Assembly (NCBI GenBank): GCA_003251795.1
Contig: QKEI01000273.1
Span: 11,152-75,151, forward strand
Origin: Candidatus Muproteobacteria bacterium
GTDB lineage: Bacteria; Pseudomonadota; Gammaproteobacteria; Acidiferrobacterales; SPGG2
Direction: 5' to 3'
Length of the DNA stretch: 64,000 nt
Part shown: positions 43,786 through 54,119 of the stretch, in pieces
How positions within the stretch are numbered: the first letter of the stretch is position 1
Layout: the number at the start of each line of letters is the position of its first letter
Program-made: the position numbers and the translations under genes
The notes under the pieces: generated by a model
Told to the model about the DNA's origin: nothing
The model's database searches: none
The model's input: the letters and a program-made list of their open reading frames with translations, nothing else

Positions 43786-44553
43786 ATGCCCGTTTCCTTA
43801 AAGACACCCGATGAGATCGAAAAGATGTGGGTCGCCGGCCGTTTGGCGGCGGAGGTTCTACAAATGATCGCGCCGCACGTCGAGGCCGGAGTCACGACGG
43901 GCGAGCTCGACCGCATCTGTCACGATTACATTGTCGATGTGCAACAGGCGATTCCAGCCCCGCTTAATTACAAGGGGTTTCCCAAGTCAATCTGCACCTC
44001 AGTAAACCACCAGGTGTGCCATGGCATTCCTGGTGACAAAGTGCTCAAGAAAGGTGACATCATCAATATCGACATCACTGTGATCAAAGACGGGTATCAC
44101 GGCGACACCAGCAAGATGTTTTTCGTCGGCCAACCTTCTGTACAGGCAGAACGGCTCGTAAGATTGAGCCACGAATGCATGGTGAAGGGTATCGAGGCAG
44201 TGCGTCCGGGGGGGCGTCTCGGCGATATCGGCCACGCCATTCAACAGCACGCTGAGGCGCATGATCTCTCGGTTGTGCGCGAGTATTGCGGCCACGGCAT
44301 TGGCCGCGAGTTTCACGAAGAGCCACAGGTGCTACATTACGGGCGCCCCGGAACCGGGATGGAGCTGCGCGCGGGAATGACCTTCACCGTCGAACCCATG
44401 ATCAACGCTGGGCGCAAAGAGGTAAAGCTGCTGGCAGACAATTGGACGGTCGTTACGCGGGATCACAGTCTATCCGCCCAGTGGGAGCATACCGTGCTTG
44501 TTACGGACACCGGGGTCGAAATCCTGACACGCCTGCCTCATGATACAGTGTGA
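43786..44553 (+). CDS. map: Methionine aminopeptidase type I
   Basis: MPVSLKTPDEIEKM... with metal ligands in ...DIT.. / HGD.. / GHGIG / EPM contexts. The start was set at ATG 43786, giving 255 aa; the ORF-track start is 43702. Confidence 0.93.
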   Translation: MPVSLKTPDEIEKMWVAGRLAAEVLQMIAPHVEAGVTTGELDRICHDYIVDVQQAIPAPLNYKGFPKSICTSVNHQVCHGIPGDKVLKKGDIINIDITVIKDGYHGDTSKMFFVGQPSVQAERLVRLSHECMVKGIEAVRPGGRLGDIGHAIQQHAEAHDLSVVREYCGHGIGREFHEEPQVLHYGRPGTGMELRAGMTFTVEPMINAGRKEVKLLADNWTVVTRDHSLSAQWEHTVLVTDTGVEILTRLPHDTV

Positions 44554-44595
44554 GTTCATGACCCGCAGGCCGCAATCAACGCGCCAATTGCACGC

Positions 44596-47292
44596 ATGGC
44601 CATAAATCTGGAGCAGGTATTCAATGCGAGCCAGTTTGATGAGCAACTGGCGCAATCGAACAGTCCGCTCGCGTTGTTCCGCAGCGCCCTGCAGCACGGT
44701 CGACAACAGCTCAAGCAGTATCATCTCGAGCATGTAGCCGCCCAGCATATAGTCACCACCCAAGCTTGGCTGATCGATCAATTACTGGTACGCGCATGGC
44801 AACGACACTTGCCCTTGCTCCCGCCCGAGCAGAACGTGGCACTGATCGCAGTCGGCGGCTACGGGCGCGGTGAGTTGCAGCCCGCTTCTGATATCGATCT
44901 GTTATTGCTGCTGGAACGCGACAGGCACAGCGAAAATAATCACTTTGCTGAGGCATTCGTACGGTTCCTATGGGACATGGGTCTGGAGGTAGGCCACAGC
45001 GTACGTTCGCTCAAAGACTGTCAACGTCTGGCAAAAAGGGACATTACTGTCGCTACCAATTTGATGGAAGCGCGCTTGCTAAGCGGAGACGCTAAACTCT
45101 TTGAGCGCCTACATAGCCTGACCGCACCACCAAAGGTCTGGCCAAGCAGGGACTTTTTTGCGGCCAAATGGCAGGAACAGATCGAACGCCACCAGCGTTA
45201 TGACGACACCGCCTATAACCTCGAGCCCAATATTAAAGAGGGTCCAGGCGGATTGCGCGACATCCAGATGATCGCTTGGGTGACACAGCGTCACTTCGAA
45301 ACCAGCTCGCTGCATGACCTGGTAGAGCGTGGTTTCCTGCGCGAAGAAGAATATGGCGATCTCATACGCGGACGAAACTTTCTGTGGCAGCTGCGTAACG
45401 GTCTGCACTATCTCGCCGGTCGACGTGAGGACCGTTTGCTGTTTGATCACCAACGTGTGCTCGCGAAGGAACTCGGCTTTAGTGACCGACGTGGCAGTCT
45501 CGCGGTCGAGCAGTTCATGAAACGCTACTATCGAACGGTCAAGGAGCTTTCCTTGCTGAACGAGATCTTGCTACAACATTTCCAGGAGGCCCTGCTTGCG
45601 AGCGGGCGACCTCGAACCAAAGAAATTAATCGACGATTCTGCGCACGCAATGATTTCGTAGAGGTAACGAACGATAGGGTATTTCAGCGGGCGCCATACG
45701 CGCTGCTTGAGATATTTCTCCTGCTGCAGCAGCATCCGCATATAAAGGGGGTGCGCGCCCACACTATTCGATTAGTGCGCGCCAACCTGCATCGCATCGA
45801 TCGTGCCTTTCGCCGCGACCTTGGTTGCCGCAGCCTGTTCATGGAAATCATGCGTCAGCCCCAGGGCATCACACACGCCCTGCGCCGCATGAACGCGTAC
45901 GGGGTTCTCGGGGCTTACATTCCTGCGTTTGGCAGAATAGTCGGCCAGATGCAGCACGACCTATTTCACGTCTACACCGTCGATGAGCACCTCTTGTTCG
46001 TGGTGCGGAATCTGCGGCGAATGGCGATTCCCGAACATCACCATGAGTTCCCACTGGCGAGCTCTATTTTGCAACATCTGGTGAAGCCGGAGCGCCTCTA
46101 TCTTGCTGCGCTTTTTCATGATGTCGGCAAAGGTCGCGGCGGTGATCATTCGGTGCTTGGTGAAAAGGTCGTCCTGGCATTCTGTAAGCTGCATGGCATG
46201 AGCGAGTACGATACTCACTTTGTGGCCTGGCTCGTGCGTCACCATCTACTCATGTCATTGACGGCGCAACGCCGAGACATTCACGATCCCGACGTGGTCC
46301 TGGAATTCGCCCGCCACGTAGGCAATCAGGAACGATTGGATAATCTCTACTTGTTGACTGTCGCCGATATACGCGGCACCAGTCCGAAGGTGTGGAACGC
46401 TTGGAAGGGTCGGTTGCTATCCGAACTCTACGCCGCGGCCACCCGCGCGTTTCGCCGTGGACTCGCGACGCCCCCCGATGTTGCGGCACAAGTCAGTGAG
46501 TTGCGTACCGCCGCGCTGGCCATACTCAAGCCGAAGGGACTGTCACCCGCGCTGGTAGAGAACTACTGGCAACAACTGGATAACGACTACTTTCTGCCAT
46601 ACGACGCCGAGAGCTTGGCCTGGCACACGGAAACGATCGTCAAGGCCTCGGCTGCGGAGTTTCCGATCGTTGCAACGCGTTTCAATCCCGAGGTCGGCGG
46701 CAGTGAATTTTTGATTTACACGCCTGACCGTGAATATTTGTTCGCCATTCAGACCGGTGGCTTCGACCGCATGAATTTGTCCATCATGGATGCCCGCATT
46801 CACACAACGCGCAACGGCTTCGCCCTCAACACTTTTGTCGTGCTGGATCATACGGGCGAGCCCGTGCGCGATCGCAAGACACTCGCCGAGCTGCAACAGA
46901 CGATGCGTCAACAGTTTCTAAACCCGCGACCGGGCCGTGACAGCCGTACTGCCCATGTGCCGCGGCAGTTGCGACACTTTCCGATCGAAACCAGAGTCAG
47001 TTTTGCCTCCTCCCTCGGCGGGTTGCAGACCATAATGGAGGTCGTCGCCCAAGACCGTCCCGGCCTGCTTTACCAGGTCGCCTTGGCGTTGCAGCAGTGC
47101 AAGGTAAATCTAGTGACGGCGAAGATCTCCACCTACGGCGAGCGCGCCGAGGACGTGTTTTTCATCACTGACCTGGAACGTCGGCCGATCACCGATAAGG
47201 AGAAGCTAGCGGCGCTCGAGCGCGAGATTTGTCAGCGCCTGCAACCGCGAGAAGCCTCTGCCAGCAAGGTACTGGCGCAGAGCTCTGCTTAG
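44596..47292 (+). CDS. glnD: [Protein-PII] uridylyltransferase / uridylyl-removing enzyme
   Basis: 898 aa with the nucleotidyltransferase motif GGYGRGELQPASDIDLL, an HD domain (LFHDVGKG) and two C-terminal ACT-like regions. Confidence 0.93.
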   Translation: MAINLEQVFNASQFDEQLAQSNSPLALFRSALQHGRQQLKQYHLEHVAAQHIVTTQAWLIDQLLVRAWQRHLPLLPPEQNVALIAVGGYGRGELQPASDIDLLLLLERDRHSENNHFAEAFVRFLWDMGLEVGHSVRSLKDCQRLAKRDITVATNLMEARLLSGDAKLFERLHSLTAPPKVWPSRDFFAAKWQEQIERHQRYDDTAYNLEPNIKEGPGGLRDIQMIAWVTQRHFETSSLHDLVERGFLREEEYGDLIRGRNFLWQLRNGLHYLAGRREDRLLFDHQRVLAKELGFSDRRGSLAVEQFMKRYYRTVKELSLLNEILLQHFQEALLASGRPRTKEINRRFCARNDFVEVTNDRVFQRAPYALLEIFLLLQQHPHIKGVRAHTIRLVRANLHRIDRAFRRDLGCRSLFMEIMRQPQGITHALRRMNAYGVLGAYIPAFGRIVGQMQHDLFHVYTVDEHLLFVVRNLRRMAIPEHHHEFPLASSILQHLVKPERLYLAALFHDVGKGRGGDHSVLGEKVVLAFCKLHGMSEYDTHFVAWLVRHHLLMSLTAQRRDIHDPDVVLEFARHVGNQERLDNLYLLTVADIRGTSPKVWNAWKGRLLSELYAAATRAFRRGLATPPDVAAQVSELRTAALAILKPKGLSPALVENYWQQLDNDYFLPYDAESLAWHTETIVKASAAEFPIVATRFNPEVGGSEFLIYTPDREYLFAIQTGGFDRMNLSIMDARIHTTRNGFALNTFVVLDHTGEPVRDRKTLAELQQTMRQQFLNPRPGRDSRTAHVPRQLRHFPIETRVSFASSLGGLQTIMEVVAQDRPGLLYQVALALQQCKVNLVTAKISTYGERAEDVFFITDLERRPITDKEKLAALEREICQRLQPREASASKVLAQSSA

Positions 47293-47295
47293 GCG

Positions 47296-48615
47296 CTAAC
47301 GCGGTAATACGAGCTTGCGACCTACCTGCAGCACGCTATCGGGAAGGTCGTTGGCAAACCTGAGCGCGTCTTCATGAATGCCGTAGGCACGGGCGATGCC
47401 AGCAAGGGTGTCACCCGGTTGCACCACATACACACGTGTGCCGCCCTCGGCGACATCCTGTGGCTTTGTTGACGGGGGCGGGCGACGGCGCAGGTAGCGC
47501 TGCACGCCACTGAACAGGGCGCCGGCAAGCTTTTGCTGAAACGACTTGCTGCGCAACCTCTTTTCTTCCGCCGCATTAGAGATAAAGGCGGTCTCGACTA
47601 GAACCGACGGGACATCCGGGGCCTTCAAAACGGCAAAACCCGCCTGCTGTACACTCTCCAAATGAATCGGGCCGATCCGTGCCAATTCGACTAGCATGTC
47701 GCTACCGAGGGTCACGCTTGAACTGATGGTCGCGGTTTGCGAAAGATCCAGTAGTACCTTCGCTAGCAGGTCGTCTTTATCGTTCAGGCTCACACCCCCG
47801 ATTAGATCGGAGGCGTTTTCCTTGTCGGCTACCATGCGTGCCAAGACGCTACTGGCACCCCGCTCGGACAAGGCGTACACCGAGGCACCGCGCGCCGATG
47901 AACTCCTTCCTGGCAAGGCATCGGCATGAATGGATATGAATACATCGGCCTCGTGTCGGCGCGCCTTGACGAAGCGCTCATGCAGATCGACATAGTAGTC
48001 ACCGTCACGTATCAGCAGCGCCCGCATGTTCGGGGCAGCATCGACGAGTCGGGCAAGCTCACGGGCGATCGCCAACGTTACATGCTTCTCCTTGGTTCTG
48101 TATCGTCGCCCGATGGCACCCGGGTCTTCGCCTCCGTGCCCGGCATCGATAGCGACGACCATATCCCTGCGTTTGGGCCTACTCGTAAGCGCAGGCGCCG
48201 CTGACGGCGACGTTATCGTATCGGGATCATAGAGATCGATTACCAGGCGATGGCCATATTGCCCGTAGGGCTTGAGCACGAACGTCCGCGGACGTGTCGC
48301 GCGCTTTAGATCGAGCACCACGCGCAGCTGCTGGTCGCCCTGCGAACCGGTACGCACCGCTGCCAGCCTCGGTCCGCTGAAGTCCAGATCGGGCAACGTT
48401 CCTAAGAGCCGGGCGTTGTCCATATCGATAACGATGCGATCAGGTTCGCGCAGCGTAAACAACCGATGCTCCAGCGGGCCACTGAGGTCGAATACCAGTC
48501 GCGTGTTATCCGGTGCCTCCCACATACGCAGGTTCTGCACAGTGACAGAGGCGCCTTCGCTGATCGGGGAGATCAGACCAACGAGGAGCAGCAAGGCCAG
48601 GCGTGCCTGCTTCAT
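47296..48615 (-). CDS. amiB: N-acetylmuramoyl-L-alanine amidase (AMIN + amidase_3 + LysM)
   Basis: Signal peptide, an AMIN-like N-domain, an amidase core (VVAIDAGHGGEDPGA...ISIHAD) and a C-terminal LysM (YVVQPGDTLAGIARAYG). The tsaE-amiB synteny supports the symbol. Confidence 0.8.
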   Translation of the reverse strand: MKQARLALLLLVGLISPISEGASVTVQNLRMWEAPDNTRLVFDLSGPLEHRLFTLREPDRIVIDMDNARLLGTLPDLDFSGPRLAAVRTGSQGDQQLRVVLDLKRATRPRTFVLKPYGQYGHRLVIDLYDPDTITSPSAAPALTSRPKRRDMVVAIDAGHGGEDPGAIGRRYRTKEKHVTLAIARELARLVDAAPNMRALLIRDGDYYVDLHERFVKARRHEADVFISIHADALPGRSSSARGASVYALSERGASSVLARMVADKENASDLIGGVSLNDKDDLLAKVLLDLSQTATISSSVTLGSDMLVELARIGPIHLESVQQAGFAVLKAPDVPSVLVETAFISNAAEEKRLRSKSFQQKLAGALFSGVQRYLRRRPPPSTKPQDVAEGGTRVYVVQPGDTLAGIARAYGIHEDALRFANDLPDSVLQVGRKLVLPR

Positions 48616-49067
48616 GCAAAATCGCTCAATAACTTCGCTCCTCGCTCCGTATGTGATATCACTCTCACGATGCGCTGATCCCCACTTTTGCGGATCTCCA
48701 CGTCGAGATCAGGTAACGGCAGCACCGTTGCACCCCGTTCCGCCCACTCAATCAGGCACAGAGTATTATTTTTAACATAATCTCGAAAACCAATAAATTC
48801 CAGTTCTTCAGGATACCTCAGGCGGTACAAATCGAGATGGTAGATTTGACGACCATTGATCACATACCCCTCCACCAGCGTAAAGGTCGGGCTCCTCACA
48901 ACACCCATGTGCCCCATGGCATGCAAAAGACCCCGCACTAAGGTCGTCTTGCCTGTCCCCAGCGCGCCTCGCAGGTACACCAACTGCACGACGCTCAATC
49001 CTTTGGCCAGGCGCGCGCCCAACTCCTCCATTTCCTGTGCCGTCGCGACGACAATCTCAACGCACAT
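48612..49067 (-). CDS. tsaE: tRNA t6A biosynthesis ATPase TsaE (YjeE)
   Basis: P-loop GALGTGKTTLVRG, plus SPTFTL and HLDLYR motifs. The start was set at ATG 49067, giving 151 aa; the ORF-track start at 49202 lies inside nnr. Confidence 0.88.
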   Translation of the reverse strand: MCVEIVVATAQEMEELGARLAKGLSVVQLVYLRGALGTGKTTLVRGLLHAMGHMGVVRSPTFTLVEGYVINGRQIYHLDLYRLRYPEELEFIGFRDYVKNNTLCLIEWAERGATVLPLPDLDVEIRKSGDQRIVRVISHTERGAKLLSDFA

Positions 49068-50559
49068 GGGCGCTGAGGTGATTGAGCCTGCGACGAACGA
49101 AGGGCAATAGGTCGGAGGCAAGTAGGCCGATTTCCCCATCTTGCCTGGCGGCATCATCGGCCGCCGTGGCATGCAGCCAAACACCGAGCCGTGCTGCCGC
49201 AAACGGGTCCACGTGCTGTGCCAGCAGTGCAGCGACGATACCGGTCAGCACATCACCCATACCCCCACTCGCCATTCCGGGATTGCCGGCGTCGCATAGC
49301 CAAACGTCGGGCGAACCGGCCTTACCGACAAGGGTGCCGGCACCCTTGAGCACGCACACACCGCCATAGCGATCGAGCAGAGCCCGCAGCGCGTCAAAAC
49401 GCTGGGCTTGCACCTCTGCAGCGCTGGCGCCCAGCAAGCGTGCCGCTTCCCCGGGGTGCGGTGTCAAGATCCAGTCATTGCGTTGCAGCGGCTCCGCCGC
49501 TAATAGATTGAGCGCATCGGCATCGACCACCTTGGGCTGCGGGCAATCCAGCGCCCGGACAAGCACATCGCGCGCCCACCGCTCCTGGCCCAGGCCCGGT
49601 CCGATGGCAAGCACGGTAGCACGTCGAAGTGCGGCAGGCAGGCTGGTGCCGTCGGCCAATGCGTGAGTCAGTAACTCGGGCCGTGCCAGACTCAGATACG
49701 CTGCATGTGTCGGGTCGGTCACCAGCGTCACCAGACCGGCGCCCGCGCGTCCGGCTGCTTCACCGGCCAGGCGCGCCGCGCCGGCCATGCCCGCCGCGCC
49801 ACCAATTACCGCTACGTGACCAGCGTCTCCCTTGTGCGTCGAGCGTCGTCGACGCGGCAGGACTCCCGCGAGCGAACGCTCGCTGATGCGCCGTGCCGCC
49901 GGCTGTATCTCATCGTACAGATCAGCCGGCACCTCCAGGTCATCAAAGGCGATGTCGCCGCAATAGTCGCGTCCGCGGCCGGTGAAAAGCCCTGTCTTCA
50001 AGCCGATAAAACTGATGGTCACATGCGCCTTAACAGCGGCACCCAGCACCCGCCCCGAGTCGGCGTGCAAACCTGAAGGAATGTCTATTGCCAAGACCAC
50101 CGCGTCTCGTGTCGCGTTCACTGCTTCGATCGCGCGTCGCCATTCATCTGTGACTTCACGTTCCAGGCCGGTACCAAAAAGCGCGTCGACGATCACCTCG
50201 CTTCCGTGCAAGGCGTCAGCACCAAACGGTCGCACTGTGACGCCGGCTTGCTCCATGGCCGCGCGTGCCAGCTGAGCATCGCCACGCAAACGCGCAGCAT
50301 CTCCGAGCGCCAAAACTAGCGGTTTCAGGCCGGCTTCAGCCGCTAGCCGTGCAACTACGTAGCCGTCACCCCCGTTGTTGCCTGGTCCGCATACCACCGT
50401 GAGCCGGCGCGCGCTGGGCCACCGCGTGCGCAACAGCGAAAATGCCGCCGCGCCGGCGCGTTGCATCAGCGTGTAACCGGCAATGCCGCGCTGTTCAATG
50501 GCGAGGCGGTCGAGTTGCCGGCTCTGCACCGCGTAATACAATGCTTCTGGCAGGTTCAT
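49057..50559 (-). CDS. nnr: Bifunctional NAD(P)H-hydrate repair enzyme (epimerase/dehydratase, YjeF)
   Basis: 500 aa with an N-terminal YjeF_N domain (VVCGPGNNGGDG) and a C-terminal carbohydrate-kinase domain (GGMGDVLTG). Confidence 0.9.
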   Translation of the reverse strand: MNLPEALYYAVQSRQLDRLAIEQRGIAGYTLMQRAGAAAFSLLRTRWPSARRLTVVCGPGNNGGDGYVVARLAAEAGLKPLVLALGDAARLRGDAQLARAAMEQAGVTVRPFGADALHGSEVIVDALFGTGLEREVTDEWRRAIEAVNATRDAVVLAIDIPSGLHADSGRVLGAAVKAHVTISFIGLKTGLFTGRGRDYCGDIAFDDLEVPADLYDEIQPAARRISERSLAGVLPRRRRSTHKGDAGHVAVIGGAAGMAGAARLAGEAAGRAGAGLVTLVTDPTHAAYLSLARPELLTHALADGTSLPAALRRATVLAIGPGLGQERWARDVLVRALDCPQPKVVDADALNLLAAEPLQRNDWILTPHPGEAARLLGASAAEVQAQRFDALRALLDRYGGVCVLKGAGTLVGKAGSPDVWLCDAGNPGMASGGMGDVLTGIVAALLAQHVDPFAAARLGVWLHATAADDAARQDGEIGLLASDLLPFVRRRLNHLSAHVR

Positions 50560-50589
50560 CGATATCCCTTACCTATATCATAGGGCCTA

Positions 50590-51693
50590 ATGCAGCCAAC
50601 ACGAACCCACAATATTGACCTAGAGCGCCTGGCCATTGACATCAAGCGCTGGGGCCAGGCGTTGGGTTTCCAGCAGCTCGGGATTGCCGACGTTGAACTG
50701 AGCGCGGCCGAAGCACACCTGTTAAATTGGCTCGCCGCAGGGCGCCATGGAGAGATGGGCTATATGCGGCGCCATGGCACACGCCGCAGCCGTCCGGCCG
50801 CGTTGTTGCCGGGCACGATACGCGTAATCTCGGCGCGCATGGACTACTACCCGGCAGGCGCAGCGGACGCTCACGCCGTGCTAGACAACGGCAGCCTCGG
50901 ATTCGTGGCACGTTACGCGCTTGGGCGCGACTACCATAAGCTAATCCGCAAGCGCCTGGAGCACCTGGCACAGCAGATCACGCAGGTGATCGGTGCGCAC
51001 CGCTACCGGGTGTTTAGCGACAGTGCACCCGTTCTAGAAAAGGCTCTGGCAGAGAAGGCCGGGCTCGGTTGGGTAGGCAAGCACACCAACCTGCTACACC
51101 GTGAAGCGGGTTCGTGGTTCTTTCTTGGCGAAATTTACACGGATCTGCCGTTACCCGTGGATCGACCGGGAGACAACCATTGCGGTCGCTGCCGGGCCTG
51201 CATCGATGTCTGTCCCACCGGGGCGATTGTCGCGCCGTACGAGCTCGATGCGCGCCTGTGTATTTCCTACCTCACCATTGAGTTGCGCGGGTCGATTCCG
51301 ACAGAACTGCGCCCGTTGATCGGCAACCGCATTTTCGGCTGCGATGATTGCCAGCTAGTTTGTCCGTGGAACCGCTTTGCGCGACCGACGCATGAGCCCG
51401 CCTTTGCTCCCCGTCAGCAACTCGACTCATCGCAGCTGCTAGACCTTTTCACCTGGACCGAGGCAGAGTTTCTCGAGCGCACACGAGGTTCAGCGATACG
51501 ACGCATCGGCTATGCCGGTTGGCTGCGAAATATCGCGGTGGCGCTCGGTAATGCAGCGACCAGCGATGCCGTCATTGCCGCTCTGCACGCGCGCCTGCAC
51601 GATCCGTTGCCGCTCATACGTGAGCATGTGGCCTGGGCTTTGGCGCAGCACCAGGGTGGTATAAAGGAGCCTAGCCCAGCCGAGGAATGTTGA
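50590..51693 (+). CDS. queG: Epoxyqueuosine reductase
   Basis: Two 4Fe-4S motifs (CGRCRACIDVCP, CDDCQLVCP) and C-terminal HEAT-like repeats. It is divergent from nnr, as in E. coli. Confidence 0.9.
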   Translation: MQPTRTHNIDLERLAIDIKRWGQALGFQQLGIADVELSAAEAHLLNWLAAGRHGEMGYMRRHGTRRSRPAALLPGTIRVISARMDYYPAGAADAHAVLDNGSLGFVARYALGRDYHKLIRKRLEHLAQQITQVIGAHRYRVFSDSAPVLEKALAEKAGLGWVGKHTNLLHREAGSWFFLGEIYTDLPLPVDRPGDNHCGRCRACIDVCPTGAIVAPYELDARLCISYLTIELRGSIPTELRPLIGNRIFGCDDCQLVCPWNRFARPTHEPAFAPRQQLDSSQLLDLFTWTEAEFLERTRGSAIRRIGYAGWLRNIAVALGNAATSDAVIAALHARLHDPLPLIREHVAWALAQHQGGIKEPSPAEEC

Positions 51694-51707
51694 CACCAAG
51701 AACGAGT

Positions 51708-52721
51708 TCAGGTGCCGCCAGCAAAACCAATAATCGTGGGGCGCAATTCTTTCTGCAGGATGGTGTTGACCTGATCTAGCAGCCGTTGCTGGGTGAGCTG
51801 TGGTTGTTGCGCCGAGACCTTAATGGTCCAACGCCTGAGCCCCCGTACGCGCTCGGGCCGAGGCTCCGTCAACTCTAGCTCGAGCGTGCCCCTCAACCAG
51901 TACCAGCCACCGCGCTCAACGAGTTCATGCAACTGCAAAGCGGCGCGAGCCACGTAATCGGTTTCTTGATCACTGCTGCCGAGAGTGAACCCCGCTCCGA
52001 CAACAGCGCCGGCCAACACAGTCTGTAGCTTACCCGTAGGGTCATCAGACACCAACGCGTCGATGTGAACGTGGCGCAAAGCCTGCGTGAATTCCGAGCG
52101 AAGCTGAGTCTCATTCCAGATCGGTGGCGCAGAGTTGTCCGCCGCCTCAACAATAGTCAAGTATTGTTGCAATGACTGACGCTGTCGCTGTGCCTCAAGC
52201 GCGCGGTCCATCGCGCCGATTCGCCGCAGTGGGTCAGCGTCTTCCCGCGCCCGCGTGAGATCCTGTTCGGTTTGCATATCGAGTTGTTGCATCCGTCGCC
52301 GCAGGTTTTGGGCACTGGGCGCGCGTGCCAATACAGCCAGCGCATAATGACGCCGCGTCTGTGGATCGCGCCATACGCGCGCAACCTCTATACCTTCAAG
52401 CAGCTCATCGGTCCAAGTCGTCACCGTGCGCGTGGCTTCGGATTGCTGCTCGCGCCCCTTTTTGCGGCCCTTGCGCGTGGTCGTAACGGTTTGCGTGTCC
52501 ACAGTTTCGTCGGTAATGGCTACACGAAATATCTTAGCGAGCTCGGCGCGTGCGCGGTCAACTGCTTGCTGTTGATTTGCGCCTTCGCCTCGACCGAGCA
52601 AGTAGCGGCTTGCGGGATAGGCGCCAGGCTGCCCAGCTACCCAGTCTGGTTTCTGCGCCTGATGGCTACAACCTGCGCATAACACGGCAACACTGAGCGT
52701 TGCGAGTACAAGCCTCATCAT
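51708..52721 (-). CDS. Predicted lipoprotein with an N-terminal LPP20-like domain (fourth gene of the lipoprotein operon)
   Basis: MMRLVLATLSVAVLCAG/C lipobox. AVDRARAELAKIFRV resembles the LPP20/FlgP-family helix. The ATG at 52721 overlaps the upstream gene's TGA as ATGA. About 337 aa, function unknown. Confidence 0.6.
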   Translation of the reverse strand: MMRLVLATLSVAVLCAGCSHQAQKPDWVAGQPGAYPASRYLLGRGEGANQQQAVDRARAELAKIFRVAITDETVDTQTVTTTRKGRKKGREQQSEATRTVTTWTDELLEGIEVARVWRDPQTRRHYALAVLARAPSAQNLRRRMQQLDMQTEQDLTRAREDADPLRRIGAMDRALEAQRQRQSLQQYLTIVEAADNSAPPIWNETQLRSEFTQALRHVHIDALVSDDPTGKLQTVLAGAVVGAGFTLGSSDQETDYVARAALQLHELVERGGWYWLRGTLELELTEPRPERVRGLRRWTIKVSAQQPQLTQQRLLDQVNTILQKELRPTIIGFAGGT

Positions 52722-54103
52722 GGGGCACTCTCGAACAGGAGATTCGTCGGCACGATCCAATGGTACGACAAAAAGGTCATTTGCCGTTCGGTGATTTGCA
52801 CATCGGGAAATTCGCGCTCCGAAAGTACACCGTCGTAACGATCCAGGACTTCCAACCTCACCGTGTACTTTCCCGGTGGAAGTAACACGCGCCCAATATA
52901 GATGTCGCGTGGCAGCGTGATCCAGCTGCGCGTGTCAGCGTGCTCCGTTGCAAGGCCACCCAATTGGACCAGTAATGCCGCTAACCATTGATCCTGACGA
53001 CGAAACCCTTCTGCCACGGCACCCTTGATACCAGCACGTGACAACGCGCGCGCCTGGATCAACGGCATTTTCACCTCGAGGTTACGAATGGCAATCGCGT
53101 TGACATCTTCCGCTAACTCTAAGCGTTGCTCTTTGTCGGCTATCTTAAGGCGTGCCCCTTTCGCCGGGGTAGAGCGAGACTGATAGTATGGCACCGCTAT
53201 CTTTACCAGCGCGTGCGCCCCCGGTGTCGGCAATATGACGGCGTTTTCCCGCTTTACCGGCGCCAACCCGCTATGCAACAGAAACACCAGTTGCCCGCGT
53301 CCATCCCGAGTCTCGGCATCAACTGCATCTTCGGCGATACCAAACTCCTGCTGGTAGCGCCGATGTTCGTCAACCAGCCCCAGCTGGGCTGTCAGCCTGA
53401 GCAGGTCGTGCTGCAACGAACTCGGCAAAGCGATGCCGTATACGCGTTGGTATTCGACGTAAGCCTCATAGGCTCTGCGATACTCGATCATGGCATCGCT
53501 CCACTCGCCCTGCTGTTCGTATATCAACCCCGAGAGGTAACGGGCGAAGGCATCCTCAGTGTATTTCTTCTTGGCGATCTTCTTGCTGAATTGCCGCAGT
53601 GTCAGATCGATCTGCAATGCCTCCACTCTAGCGGCATCGGCTCGATTCATTTCGAGGAAATTAAGGGCCATATACACGTGTAGTAGTACCTGCTCAAACT
53701 CCTCGCCGACATAAGCACGTGTACGATCGTTGATGATTACCGAGCCGATTTGCTCCGTGACACTGACGCCGTAAAGCTTATCTATGCGGCGTTGTGCCTC
53801 GGTAAACGCTTTGTTGCTGCCCACAAGGTTGCCCTGCATACGCAACAACATGGCCCGGTTCAGCAGGTAAAGGACCTTATCGCGACGACGCCAGTTTTGG
53901 CTTTCGCGCTCGAGCGACTGCAGTGCGAGCTCGGGTTGATCAGCCGCCAGACGGCGTTCGACATTGACCAAATTATGGTCATGACCTGCGCAACCTGCGA
54001 GGAGCAACGCGAAAACGGCACCCGCAAGCAACGGGCGGACGTTCAGTACATGCAACTGCGTGGACAGCGACGCTCGATTGCAGCCAGAGCGGAACAAGTA
54101 CAC
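52718..54103 (-). CDS. Predicted lipoprotein, helical/TPR-like N-half, unknown function (third gene of the lipoprotein operon)
   Basis: LLAGAVFALLLAG/C lipobox and TPR-like helical repeats (LYLLNRAMLLRMQG..., ARYLSGLIYEQQGEWSDAMIEYRRAYE). The start is ambiguous: GTG 54103, or TTG 54055 giving MHVLNVRPLLAG.... I recognise no characterised homologue. Confidence 0.55.
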   Translation of the reverse strand: MYLFRSGCNRASLSTQLHVLNVRPLLAGAVFALLLAGCAGHDHNLVNVERRLAADQPELALQSLERESQNWRRRDKVLYLLNRAMLLRMQGNLVGSNKAFTEAQRRIDKLYGVSVTEQIGSVIINDRTRAYVGEEFEQVLLHVYMALNFLEMNRADAARVEALQIDLTLRQFSKKIAKKKYTEDAFARYLSGLIYEQQGEWSDAMIEYRRAYEAYVEYQRVYGIALPSSLQHDLLRLTAQLGLVDEHRRYQQEFGIAEDAVDAETRDGRGQLVFLLHSGLAPVKRENAVILPTPGAHALVKIAVPYYQSRSTPAKGARLKIADKEQRLELAEDVNAIAIRNLEVKMPLIQARALSRAGIKGAVAEGFRRQDQWLAALLVQLGGLATEHADTRSWITLPRDIYIGRVLLPPGKYTVRLEVLDRYDGVLSEREFPDVQITERQMTFLSYHWIVPTNLLFESAP

Positions 54104-54119
54104 CCCATGCGCCTAGACA